The notes: generated by a model from the letters alone, not told the origin. Positions 14,135 through 27,078 are shown, counted from the first letter of the stretch. The stretch: 64,000 nucleotides of DNA from Octopus vulgaris (GCA_951406725.2 OX597819.1:868001-932000); one strand, 5' to 3'. Made by a program: numbers and translations.

Positions 14135-15363
14135 ATGGAAGTAAAAATTAAGCAATGCTTTGAAACGTGAAATTCATCACAATATATTTCAACAATGCGG
14201 AAATTTTATTCATCAAAGTAAGCATCAACACATTTTTGCCAAAACATTACAAGTTTGTTTATTCTGGTAACATAAAAATCTGGAATTCTGGAGCTGATGA
14301 ACTCTTTGAACATACTTCCAGCATCGGTTTGATTTTTTAACTCCTTCTCTCACAGGAAACCAACAAGGTGCTTGGAAAAGTGGTAGTCGGTAGGAGAAAG
14401 GTCCGGGGAAGAACTTCATAGCCAAGTTCCCTCAACTTCTGGAGCATCATTAGTGAAACATGTGGTCGAGCTTTGTCATAAAGAATGATTGGCTCACTTC
14501 TGTTGACCAGTCTGGGTGGCTGAGTTGCAGTTTTTCGTTCATTTTGGCAATTTCATGACAATGTTTCTGCAGTAATGGATTTTCCTGGTTTTAAGAAGCT
14601 ATAGTGGATGAGTCCAGTAGTACACCACCAAATAGTCACCATAACCTTCTTTTTGAAGAGTTCAGGTTTAGGAAAGTTTTTCAGTGCTTCATTATGGTCC
14701 AACCACTGTGAAGAACATTTTTTATTATTGTACAGAATCCACTTTTCATTGCAAGTTATGATATAGTCAAGAAATGGATTGCTCTGGTTATGGAAAAGAA
14801 GCAACGAACAAATTTCATATCTGCACATTTTCTGATTTTCCTTCAAATTGTGTGGTCACATTTGTTGAGCTTTTTTGATTTTCCGATCACATACAAATGG
14901 TTGCAGGCAGTTTTCTGGCTACCTTGAAGTCCTTTTGCCAGTTCTTGAGTGGTTTTATGTGGATCTTTCTCAATGACAGTCTTTAATTGATGACAGATGG
15001 GCATCCACTATGCTCATGATCTTCATGGCTCAGGTCTCCATTGCGAAATTGTTTAAACCATTTTTGAGCTGACCACTCACTGGTCATTTCCTCCCCAAAT
15101 GCTTTGTTGATATCGCAAGCAGTTTCAGCTGCTGTACATCTTTTTATGAAGTTGAATAGCATAATTACTCGAATATCGCGCTTTGGCAGTTCCATATCAG
15201 ATGATTGAAACAATGGTGAAAAAAATATCAATGTTAATTTATTGATGCATTTGGACAAGTCTATGTCTGTATTATCAATCAACTGCAAAAATATGTTTAA
15301 AAAGATTCAAAATTCTGCAAAAATCATGGTTCAAAACATTGCTTTCTTTTTACTCAACCTGAT
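14135..15363 (-). mobile_element. Mariner (Mos1-like) transposon, defective
   Basis: ORF 14983-15288 has the HTH (AAETACDINKAFG, WFKQFRNGD); ORF 14553-14846 has ITCNEKWILY and KKVMVTIWW; degenerate TIRs 'gtaaaaattaagcaatgctttgaa' (~14141) and 'ttcaaaacattgctttctttttactcaacctgata' (~15331-15364). Confidence 0.9.
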
Positions 15364-15500
15364 ATTTATATATCTATATACACACACACATACACATACA
15401 TACACATATATGTATACACTCCCCCACACATATATACATTTATACATACACAAACACACATATATATATATACACACACATACATACGTATACATACACA

Positions 15501-15572
<72 letters not shown>

Positions 15573-15782
15573 TAATCCAAACAAGAAAACAAAAAAACAC
15601 AACAATGCAAGGACGTGGAACAAATAAAGTATTATTGGACGCTCAGGAAAGAAGGGAAGAAGGAGGGTTTAACGTTTTGAGTGGAGCTCTTCGTTGGAAA
15701 CATAGGAGAAGGAAAGATCCCGAGAAGGGAATACAGAGGAAAAAAAATCGCCAGTGGTACTCATGAGGTCACATACTGAAAA

Positions 15783-15819
<37 letters not shown>

Positions 15820-15939
15820 CACATACCTATATATATACCAGAGTAAGCACATAAGTATGAAACAAGGTGGAAAAAATAGTACTCAAATACCAGAGGTAGA
15901 GTAATATGATTTATTTAAAAGCAGCAAAAATATCATAAA

Positions 15940-15979
15940 ACTGTTACTCAGAGTTTCATGTACCTGTTCATCAGACAGA
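15940..15979 (-). ncRNA. Minimal type I hammerhead ribozyme motif (left arm of palindrome)
   Basis: Minus strand: ctgt-CTGATGA-acaggtacat-GAAA-ctctgag-TA-acag. Confidence 0.7.
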
Positions 15980-16000
15980 TTTGTTTAGAATCTAAACAAA

Positions 16001-16040
16001 ACTGTCTGATGAACAGGTACATGAAACTCTGAGTAACAGT
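16001..16040 (+). ncRNA. Minimal type I hammerhead ribozyme motif (right arm of palindrome)
   Basis: actgt-CTGATGA-acaggtacat-GAAA-ctctgag-TA-acagt; stem I actgt/acagt, stem III ctc/gag, GUA cleavage triplet; stem II weak. Confidence 0.72.
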
Positions 16041-17536
16041 TTTTGTGATATTTTTTCTGCTTTTTAATAAAAAATTTATATATATATTCACATACATACA
16101 CAGATCTTTACACACACACACATATGCACGTGTATACACACACACACACACAGAGGCATACAAACAGACATACAAATATAAAATATAAAATAAACCTAGC
16201 TAGAATGAATTAAGTCTTTAAAGCAGAGTGAAATGAAGCTAAAGAAAATAAGTAGAAAATCAATAAACATACATAAACATTTTTTTAGGTAATTCACATT
16301 TATCGCCTTGTCATTATACCCATCTCAATCTATATCTCTCACTATATATTAATATATTATTTAATAATAATAGAACAAAACTTGGTCATCAGGCATTTGG
16401 GTGTTAAGTAATAGGAAATCAAACAAATTCAAGATGGCTTCTAGATGTTAGGTTTCTATTAATCAGCTCAGGTCATGTGGTGTTATTGGTTTGGAAAGCA
16501 ACAGCAGATCTTTATATTGTTCTTGGGTCCACATGATCAGGCAGGATGTTGATAGGCAGAAGTTGCTGCTATGTTTAGAGATAGTGGTATTGCTTATTTA
16601 GTGGCATTACGGTCAGGAGCAACTGACATCAATGCCAGTCACTCTTGCAGAGTCAATATTGCTTCTAACATCACTCACTACAGTAGATTTACTCCATTCC
16701 ACAATTTTAAATTGAATTGTTTTGGGATTAATTGTAATTTGAATTGAAGTTATAGCCACAAAACATACGTAGTCTTTTTACTTATTATATAATGTGGGCT
16801 CCAAATGTTTTCTCTCTTGGGGCTTTGATTTAGTCTAGATTCCCAGGTGGAGGAGAACTGGAACAAGGGAATTACTTGAATGAGGAATCTCACTTAGAAA
16901 TGCACTGAGATGTTCTGGAGAGACAAAGTCGAAGTAATCTACAGATTAATACAATGGTATGACAATCATGAGTTGCTCTGAAGGATGTTTGACCACCCAG
17001 GAGTACCTGCTTTTCTAGTTTTTTTGTGAAAGAGACAAGATGTGTACCAGAGAGTAGGAAACCCATCTGTGGTCGATAATCACACTGCAAGGGTATGTGC
17101 TGACAGTTGATACAACAATTATTTTTTAAACAGAAATTCTTTGGACTATTCAATTCTGAAGTAGAAATGGAACCTGTCAGACAAATTTAATTAGGAATGG
17201 AAGTTTTATTGAATCAATCTCAATATATTACTAGAAGGATATAAAATAGAGTTAACTCTGAAGGTCTTTAACTATATTTGAATTGCTATATTATATTGCT
17301 AAATTTAAGAAGCCACACTCTGTTTCTTTTTGAACAAACTATAACCTTTATAGCAATTCTTATTGATTTTAACATTGTGGCAATGAATATTTTAAAATTT
17401 AATTTCCCTGTGATGATTATACAAAAAATTTTTTAAAAAACATCTAAAGGTTACCAATTTTGTTTAAATTTATAAGATCTTATTTATTCCTCCAGTGAGT
17501 TATTGTGTTTAGTGATTGAATATTACATAATATATT

Positions 17537-17700
17537 AGTGCAGGTATGGCTGTATGGTAAGAAACTTGCTTCTCAACCACATGATTTCTAGTTTGGTCCC
17601 ACTGCACAGTACTTTAGGCAAGTGTCTTCTGCTACAGTCCCAGGTTGACAAAAATCTTGTGAGTGGATTTGGTAGATGGAAACTGAAATAAACCTGTTGT
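17537..17700 (+). mobile_element. SINE family A 5' half (tRNA-like head)
   Basis: 'ggtatggctgtatggtaagaaacttgct...ggcaagtgtcttct...gtgagtggatttggtaga'. Confidence 0.75.
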
Positions 17701-17741
17701 GTATATGTATATGTATACACACACACATGTATGTATATACG

Positions 17742-17826
<85 letters not shown>

Positions 17827-17885
17827 ATACATATACATATACACAACAGGTTTATTTCAGTTTCCATCTACCAAATCCACTCACA
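17658..17885. repeat. Perfect inverted duplication (~70-bp arms) around a (TA)n-rich core
   Basis: TGTGAGTGGATTTGGTAGATGGAAACTGAAATAAACCTGTTGTG... and its exact reverse complement; the ORF track shows [17 protein letters not shown] on both strands. Confidence 0.9.
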
Positions 17886-17911
17886 TGTGTGTGTGTGTGT
17901 GTGTGTGTATG

Positions 17912-17944
<33 letters not shown>

Positions 17945-17949
17945 ATGTG

Positions 17950-17984
<35 letters not shown>

Positions 17985-18627
17985 GTCTCCTCGCCTTGAC
18001 ATCACATGATAGCTGTGAATGAGTGTTACTGACATGCAAGTGGTGTCCTTTGTTTCCAATCTTCCAAGACATGTCTGGTCATGGGGAAATATTAAAGTAC
18101 TTGAAATCACACTTGAAATTCCTGTTAGCAACATCAAAAATCTACCTCAATAAATTCTATCAAATCTATGCAAGCAGAGAAAAGTGGACATTACATGGTG
18201 TTGAGAATGACGATGATGATAACGACGATGACAACGTTACCGCTGCTGCTGATGCTGGGGGAATCCTACTCCAAAGAGACAATTTCTAGAATAGCATTAG
18301 ATCTGAACTTCTTAATTACGAGTAAGTTTCAATAGCAGTAAAAAATTTACTTGCCTTGATTTATTAGAAAAATTCTTTAAAGAATAAAACATTTTAATGA
18401 TTGCTGTTTGTGCAATGCTACATGTTAAATTTTACTAAGCACTTCATGTAGCAAGCAGAATGTTATTACAATGAAAACTAGATTGTAACAAAACTGGATT
18501 TCACTCCAACTGTACTCACTGGTTTATCTTGTTTGTTGTACTTCAATGTCCTAAAATGAAAATCAAAGTAATTTTATCTCCAGTAACATTACTCTTAAAA
18601 TATGAAATGGATTTTCCATGGTTCGCT

Positions 18628-18661
<34 letters not shown>

Positions 18662-20434
18662 AATGATCCTTTCAACAATAGGCATAAGGCCAGAAAATTA
18701 ATTAGACCCCAAATGCCCAAACTGGTACTAATTTTATCCAGCCTGAAAGAATGAAAGGCGAAATTGAATTTTGTGGAAGTTTGGACTCAGAACATAAAGA
18801 TGGACAAAATATAGCTAAACATTTTGTCCGTTATGCTAATGATTCTGCCAGCTTTCCACCTTCAATAATAATCACAATAATAATAACCTTTATTATGTGC
18901 AATGGTTGCAAGAAAGAAAAAAAATAACATGGAGGATAGAAAAAAAAACCCACTTACAAATATGAAGGAAGAAGTGGGAGGCATTATACAATATATGGAA
19001 GGATGCACTTTGAATTTTAAAGGAACATGCACTCGCATACATACACACATACCATACATTTATACGTGCACACATATATACATTCATTTACTCATATACA
19101 CATGCACACATACACTCACATTTATTTCTACAAAATAATTTAAAAGTACAATAAATCAATAATTAAAACAAAATATAATTGAATGAAATAAAGCATGAAA
19201 GGGTTGAGTTAGAATACTCTACAACCTTGTTCTCTTAGACATTTCTCAAGTTGTGTTTGAGTGCAGCCAAATACACCAGTTAGCATTTTTTGAGACATTT
19301 GGCATTCAAAACACTAACATCTTGAAGGTATTCTTTTTTAGGTTTAGTATAATGTCTTAGTTTTAATCCTATTATTATGTATTTTGCATGTTGTTTATAT
19401 TTTGAACATAATTGTGTTTGCGTCATTATAATTTGTTGGGAAAGTTTGTGGCACCAGAGATGTGTGATTTTGTCCATCAACTATTTGTTTGATTTTCAAA
19501 GAATAGTGAATAACCTTAGTTCATCTTTGTCTTCTTCTTGTTTTTTTGTCAATTTCTTGGGGAAGTATTTTCATTATCACTAGTCCACACTGTAAAGAGG
19601 TTGGTGTTAGGAAGGGCATTCAACTGTAAAAACCATGCCAAAAGCAGACAATAAAGCTTGGTGCAGGCTTCTGATTTGTTAGCTCCTATCAAACTGTCTA
19701 ACCGATGTCAGCATGAAAAAATGGATGTTAAATGATGATAATGATGATTTGGAAGAAATTATTGTTTGTCAAGTTTTTGTTGATTTATATCTTCTTTTCT
19801 GTGTTTTTTTACCTTCTTTTTCTTTTTGTGCAGTTTTTTAGCCTATTCTTCTATCTTATCATCATTCTGTTCCTTTTGATGTCACAAAATTGATGGGTTT
19901 TATTAAAAACTCTATTTTGAATTGTTTAAAGACATCAAATGCATGAAACATAAACTCTCAAGTTTTCCTCTCAATAAGTCAATCCTTTCTTTTTACTTTT
20001 CTTCTTCAGTCAACTCTCTCCATTATAATGGGTTCGGGGATGGCATCCTGATCTAGAAATTTGCTTCACAACAATGTGGTTTCAGGTTCAGTCCCGTTGG
20101 ATAATGAAGGAAATTTGTCAGACTGCAACTGTGTAGAGACTCATTGAAGGTACCATTCTAGTTCTTACCCAGTCTTAAATCACTGCTCTGTCTGGTTAAA
20201 CAATACCATTGACTCCTTGGGTGCTTTGAATGTTGCTAGCATTTGGACCAGATCTCTAATCTGAAGATAACTTGTTCCCACCAATCTCAGAGATGCTGAA
20301 AAGGTCTTGAGTCTTTGCCCTTCCTCCTCTGACAAAGTCATTAAAATAATGTAAACATTTGTAGAAGTTCCTCAACCAATATAACCATACTCAGGACATT
20401 CTTCTCTGACTATATTGTCCAACCTTTATAACAA

Positions 20435-20720
20435 GATCATCATCATCATCCTTTAACATCTATTTTTCATGCTGGCATAAGTCGGATGGTCTGACCAGAA
20501 CTGGCAAGCTTGGAAGCTGCATCAGGCTCCAGTCTGATTTGGCTTGGTTTCTACAGCTGGATGCCCTTCCTAACACCAACCACTTTACACTGTGTACTGG
20601 GTACTTTTAATGTGCCACCATCATGAGCACTTTTACATGGCACCAGCATGAGTGCTTTGTACATGGCATTGGCATGAGTGCTTTTTATGTGATACCAGCA
20701 CAGGATTCTTGCAGGCCAGT
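20435..20720 (-). mobile_element. RTE 3'-end repeat
   Basis: (CAT)n tail and 'ctacagctggatgcccttcctaacaccaaccac'. Confidence 0.75.
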
Positions 20721-20994
20721 CCTCTCCACCAGAGGACGAAGACTTAACACTTCTGCTGAGGAGACACTTCTGTTGTATTTCTGATAAATATAAGCTTCCC
20801 CCACCCCCCAAAATGGTCATTAATCTTAATAAGTCTAAATACACACACACACACACACACTCACATACACACCTCTCTTTTATATGATCAGTTTTATACC
20901 AGACATACAATGTTAATAACAGTTCTATTCTAATATCATCAAACAAATGCTAATAACAAAGCTAAAACAAGGTCTCTTTGACTTAATTTGGAAA

Positions 20995-21165
20995 GATAAA
21001 AATGGAATTCATCATAGTCTAAATGAACTGCAGTACATGAGAATTATTATGGATAGAAATGGAATTTATCAAAGTATAAATAAACAGCAGTACATGAAAA
21101 TTGTTATGGATAAAAATGGATTGACCAAAATATAAATAAACTGCAGTGCAGGAAAATTATTATGT
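20995..21165. repeat. 57-bp tandem repeat, ~3 diverged copies
   Basis: 'aatgga' recurs at 21001, 21058 and 21115, each followed by 'aaataaac(t/a)gcagtacatga'-like sequence. Confidence 0.8.
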
Positions 21166-22281
21166 TGAAATCATGTAAATGTTTTGAAAGAGAATTTAAA
21201 TCTGTGATGCAGAAAAATGGAATCTAATTAATTATTCACTGATGAATGTGAACACATTATCATTCAGAACAACCAGTATTACATGATCAGAACAGTTCAG
21301 AAAACAATGTATATATTAGACAAGCTGCTTTGTGGACATAATAGTAACAAATATAATCTGCTGAATGAACCTAACTAAAATTAAATACCAATTACATTTG
21401 TTTCATGGTTGAGTAAATGACATTATTTAGGGAACCTGGTTACAAATATCTGATGCAAGAATCTTCAGAACCATCCAGTGTGTACTAACATGAAAAAAAA
21501 AACATTAGAAAAACACAGACACTGATCTCTGTCAGATCAATGAAGTTATGTGAAATTGACATGATAACTCCTGAGTTGAATGCTGATTGAATAAAATCCA
21601 TCTCAGAACTAAATGAAGGCTGATAGACATCAGCTCAAGGATAATTCAGATCTGATGTGCTAAAAATAAAATTATTTTTTATTTGACATGGCTGAGAACA
21701 AATCAATTTATTGGTCTTGTATTTTTCCTTTCTTTTCTTTTTCACTCTTATATTATAATATACCAGACGGTGCAGAGAAGAGAAAAACTATTTTAATGCA
21801 TGTAGTAGATTTTATTCATTCATTCGAAGTAGATAATTCACTCTGTTACTACTCCAAGTTTCTCATGTTTGTATGTGTGTTCAGATGCCACTGTTTCACA
21901 GATGTGTTCTGCTCCATAGCCAGCTGCCAATTTCACAGAGTGAAAGCATGTGGAAAAAATTAACAAAGATTAAACAATTATTGATGTTCAATTTGAAGAA
22001 TTTTTTTATGTTAGACCTTGGTTGAAATACATGAATACAAAGTATGAGGAAGGGACTGTATAAATCTGATAGTAGGGGAGGAAAACAATAATAATAGGAT
22101 AGTTCATATTTGTATTTGCTTTGCAAGATTCTTGTTGTGAAATCGTGCATTGAAGCCAATGTTGTTGTGTTGGTGGGGGAGGTTATTTTGCCAATAAAAC
22201 CATAGGCTCTGATTCTACTTCATCAACAACAAAGGCAACTGCCACTGTTGATGCCACCACCATACAATGAAGGGTTGTCAG

Positions 22282-22520
22282 TTTCTTATTTCTTTATTGC
22301 CCACAAAGGGCTAAACATAGAGGGGACAAAGAAGGACAGACAAACGGATTAAGTCGATTACATCGATCCCAGTGCATAACTGGTGCTTAATTTATCGACC
22401 CCGAAAGGATGAAAGACAAAGTTGACCTTGGCGGAATTTGAACTCAGAACGCAGCGGTAGACGAAATACCACAAGGCATTTCGCCTGGCATGCTAACGTT
22501 TCTGCCAGTTTGCTGCCTTA
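22282..22520 (-). mobile_element. SINE family B
   Basis: Reverse complement of the 'gagttcaaattccgcc..ggtcaacttt..ctttcatcctttcggggtcgataaatt' core seen at 47614-47830 and 53845-54060. Confidence 0.8.
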
Positions 22521-23154
22521 AAGTGTTATCAGTTTCTGTCTACCAAATCCACTCACAAGGCTTTGGTTAGCCAGGGGTTATAGCAGAAGATACTTGCCCA
22601 ATGTGCCATGCAGTGGGACTGAACCTGGAACCGTATGGCTGGGAAGGAAGTTTCTAACTGCAAAGCCATGCTTGCAACTCAACACATTTCCCAATTAAAC
22701 TTTTCAACGAAATTGTTCCATCATTCCATCATTCCATCATTCCATCATTCCATCATTCATTGACTTAGCAGAATAGAAAACCTTCAGATTTTTCTGCTTC
22801 TTTTCTTTTTTAATCTGAATCTTTTTTTTTTTTTATTTTCTTTCCTCAAAGTTCTGAACAATTACACGAATAACTAAAGTGATTTTCATTCAACTAGTTT
22901 ACTAATTAACTAATTAACTACTTCATTGTTTGAGTAATTATTTGATTAATCAATCAATCATTTGGTTTGTCAGAATCCTTTTGTTGCTATTTGAAGTCCC
23001 ATCAATGACATCGTGCCCTCATCTGCTCTAGGTCGATCAGAAAGCATCCTTACTAGATACGGTGCAAAGTTTTTGGAATGAGTGAGAATGTTTGCGGGTT
23101 TGAGCATTTTATATGTGTTTGAGGTTTTTTGTGAACTGATTGGTCAGGGTCCAC

Positions 23155-23520
23155 ATGTGTGTGTGTGTGCACGCGTGTGTGTTTGTGGTGTATGTGTTGT
23201 GTGTGTGTATGTGTGCATGTGTGTGTGTATGTGTGTGTGTGTGTGGTGTGTATGTGGTGTGAGTGTGTGTAGTATGTGTATGTGTGTGGTGTGTGTGTAT
23301 GTGTGCATGTGTGTGTGTATGTGTGTGTGTGTGTGGCGTGTGTGTGGTGTGAGTGTGTGTAGTATGTGTATGTGTGTGGTGTGTGTGTTGTGTATGTGTA
23401 TGCGTGTAGTGTGTGGTGTGTGATGCATGTGGTATGTGTGTGCATGTGTTGTCTGTGTGTGTATGTATGTGTGCGTGCACATGCGTGCATGTGTGCACAT
23501 GTCTGTTTTCGAGTGTGTAC
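23155..23520. repeat. Imperfect (GT)-rich low-complexity repeat with internal ~72-bp duplication
   Basis: Direct reading; source of the HT/VC-rich spurious ORFs. Confidence 0.85.
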
Positions 23521-23692
23521 GAATGTGCGAATCTGCATGTGACTTATTCCTGTGTCTTAGCATCCTTCACATCCAGGTACATCGCAGTTCAGCAGTTGTG
23601 TGGCTTCCTTTACATTCTCCCTCTCAAGGGATTTCTAAATCCATTCACACACACAAATATATGTGTTTATTCTTTCACACAGTCAGCTACCT

Positions 23693-23728
<36 letters not shown>

Positions 23729-23973
23729 ACATGCATCTATATATTTCTATATGTATTTAAATAATCAACAGCAAATGACAAAATATGGTACCTGGGTCTA
23801 CTTTGACACCAGGAGTAGTTGCAACTGGCAGGGCTCTAGCTATAGGTTAATTAGTATATAAATAAAAACCACTAGCAGTGAGGGAACCCTAACAGCTGTC
23901 ACAGCAGACTTCTAGGAGCAGGACACTCTGATACAAAACTTGTGGTTTCATATTACACACCACCACCACCACC

Positions 23974-23989
<16 letters not shown>

Positions 23990-24007
<18 letters not shown>

Positions 24008-24340
24008 ATATTTAATGTGTATTTTCCATGCTAGCATGGGATGGATGGTTTAAAAGGAACTGGCAAGGCCAGGGGCTGACCAGGTTCCATAGTTTGTTTT
24101 GGCATGGTTTCTATGGCTGGATGCCCTTCCTAATGCCAACCACTCCACAAAATATACTGGGTGCTTTTTTATGTGACACCATCACCAGTGCTTTTTACAT
24201 AGTACCAGCACCCACACTAGTGCTTTTTATGAGACACATTGGTTTTAGGATCTTAGTTCTAATGTGTTGGGTATGTCTTCTTGAGTACAGCAATGCACCA
24301 CATATCTCGGTCCTCTGTCATCTCCTTTGTAAGGTTTAGT
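23990..24340 (-). mobile_element. RTE 3'-end repeat after (CAC)n(CAT)n
   Basis: 'ttccatgctagcatggg...ggctggatgcccttcctaatgccaaccactcc'. Confidence 0.7.
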
Positions 24341-24699
24341 GTTTTGAGATCAGTTTATCTCAAACACTCAGAAAGTGGTATTTGTGTTGTAGAAATATTT
24401 ATCAATATAATCTAATGATGTACAGATGTCATTTTATGGTGACATCATTTGTCATTTGTCATTCCACCAACTGAAATTCCTATGGTGATGGAACAATGGT
24501 ATTACATGCAAACCTAACCAGTTGGAAGCACACAGTTACAAAGTGATGGGATAGAACAGTCAACTGAAAGGTCAGGAAAGGAAAGTCAGAAATGCCATTG
24601 ACAATAAGGAAGCACTAAAAAATAGCAGTCGTCTATGAAGATGTAGTACTTACTATGTATGTGTGTACATAAGTTTGTGCATATGTACACAGAGAGGTG

Positions 24700-24951
24700 T
24701 ATACATACATACATACATACATACATACATACATACATACATACATACATACATACATACATACATACATACACATGTACATATGTAAATATGTACACAT
24801 GTATGTATGTATGTATGTATGTATGTATGTACATATGTATGTATGTATGTATGTAATATGTGTGTATGTATGTATGTATGTACATATGTATGTATGTGTG
24901 TATGTATGTATGTATGTATGTATGTACATATGTATGTATGTATGTATGTAC

Positions 24952-24986
<35 letters not shown>

Positions 24987-25059
24987 TGTATGTATGTATG
25001 TATGTACATATGTATGTATGTATGTATGTATGTACATATGTATGTATGTATGTATGTAC

Positions 25060-25094
<35 letters not shown>

Positions 25095-25115
25095 TGTATG
25101 TGTGTATGTATGTAC

Positions 25116-25146
<31 letters not shown>

Positions 25147-25274
25147 TGTATGTACATATGTATGTATGTATGTATGTAATATGTGTGTATGTATGTATGT
25201 ATGTACATATGTATGTATGTGTGTATGTATGTATGTATGTATGTATGTACATATGTATGTATGTATGTATGTAC

Positions 25275-25309
<35 letters not shown>

Positions 25310-25338
25310 TGTATGTATGTATGTGTGTATGTATGTAC

Positions 25339-25369
<31 letters not shown>

Positions 25370-25398
25370 TGTACATATGTATGTATGTATGTATGTAC

Positions 25399-25433
<35 letters not shown>

Positions 25434-25454
25434 TGTATGTGTGTATGTATGTAC

Positions 25455-25487
<33 letters not shown>

Positions 25488-25670
25488 ACAACATAATGAT
25501 GTCACCATAAAATGTATGTGTGTATGTATGTGTGTATGTATGTATGTATGTATGTATGTATGTATGTATGTATGTATGTATGTATGTATGTATGTATGTA
25601 TGTATGTATGTATGTATGTATGTATGTATGTATGTATGTGTGTATGTATGTATGTATGTTTGTATGTATG
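24700..25670. repeat. Large compound (CATA)n/(TATG)n tetranucleotide array with higher-order structure
   Basis: (CATA)n to ~24772, then (TATG)n with TACATA interruptions; variant 'gtaatatgtgtg' recurs 323 bp apart (24854, 25177). Confidence 0.95.
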
Positions 25671-26132
25671 TGTGTATATGTTCATGTGTGCATCATCATC
25701 ATCATTTAATGTCCTCCTTCCATGTATGTAAATGTATGTATATATATATATATGCATATGTGTATGTGTGTGTGTGTGTGTGCATGTATGCATGTATATA
25801 AGTATATGTATGTATGTGTATGTATGTATGTATATGTATGTACGTATGTCTGTGTATACATGTGTATATATATATATATATATATACACGTGTGCATGTG
25901 TGTGTGTGTGTGCATGGCCATGAGTGTATATTTACATCCTCGTAAAAATTTAGTTCAGCAAAAAGAAAAGAAACGATAGATTAAATACCAAACTTAAAAG
26001 AAAAATAAGTCCTGGGATCGATTTATAAGACTAAAGCCCCTTTAAGGCTGCATCCTAGCATAGTCACAGTCCAATGACTCAAACAAATAAAAGAGGATAA
26101 AAGAAAACAACGGAATAAAAAAGAAGATACGT

Positions 26133-26387
26133 ATGTGTATAGATAAAATGTGTATAGATAAAATGTGTATAGATAAAATGTGTATAGATAAAATGTGTAT
26201 AGATAAAATGTGTATAGATAAAATGTGTATAGATAAAATGTGTATAGATAAAATGTGTATAGATAAAATGTGTATAGATAAAATGTGTATAGATAAAATG
26301 TGTATAGATAAAATGTGTATAGATAAAATGTGTATAGATAAAATGTGTATAGATAAAATGTGTATAGATAAAATGTGTATAGATAAA
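26133..26387. repeat. Perfect 15-bp minisatellite (ATGTGTATAGATAAA)x17
   Basis: The ORF track shows MCIDK x17. Confidence 0.97.
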
Positions 26388-26699
26388 ATGTATGAAAGCT
26401 GATAGGAAAAGACAAGCCGCAAAAGAAAAGCAATCTATGGAGAGTTAGGGAGTCTGGAACTGTTGATCAGTTGGCCAATAAAATCAATAACCTTCTTCTT
26501 TGGCTTAAAAGTTGTTAGTGAGTCATTACGAGTTCCTGTGGCAACATTGCTCACAAAGGGTGTGTGTGTGTGTGTATGAGTCCATGTGTATATATATGTG
26601 TGTGTATGGATGGATGTGTGTGTGTTTGTGTCCATATGCATGAGTGTGTCTGCATCACATGCTTGTCTGAATAAGTTTACATTGTATGTGTATCTGTAT

Positions 26700-26741
<42 letters not shown>

Positions 26742-26758
26742 ATGTTTATGTGTTTGTA

Positions 26759-26971
26759 GAAAGGGGTGCTGAAATTCCTGGCTTTAAGTAAAAGAAAATA
26801 CAGGAGGATCAATTAATTATGATTTTATTCACCATATTTCCCTCTCAGATTCACACATTTCTTACAGCGGTCCTTCAGTTTTTCTAAGACCTGTAAAAGA
26901 ACTCGGAAGTTCGGGCTGCTAACCAGGCCTTTTGTAATATCCTTAAAACCAAGAACTTTTCAGCACCCCAC
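26759..26971. mobile_element. Mariner-type MITE / internally deleted element
   Basis: Inverted ends GGGGTGCTGAAA (26763) and TTTCAGCACCCC (26958-26969), resembling the TIRs of the mariner at 52335-53568; ~210 bp with no transposase ORF. Confidence 0.7.
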
Positions 26972-27022
26972 CCCCATATATGCATGCATATGTGTATGTA
27001 TGTGTGTACCAGCATGCCAGCA

Positions 27023-27078
<56 letters not shown>

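Noticed and set aside
16400-17160. Possible RTE AP-endonuclease relic (KNFCLKNNCCIN), and a similar faint RTE C-terminal relic at ~12740-12960
   Set aside because: Too degenerate to delimit or classify without an alignment search
23053-25979. Long ORFs of 100-418 aa (HTYI/MYVC/HT repeats)
   Set aside because: Translations of (TATG)n and (GT)n microsatellites that lack stop codons; no coding signal
26023-26433. Regular repeat as a CRISPR array or repeat protein
   Set aside because: Head-to-tail 15-mers with no spacers, eukaryotic context, no cas genes
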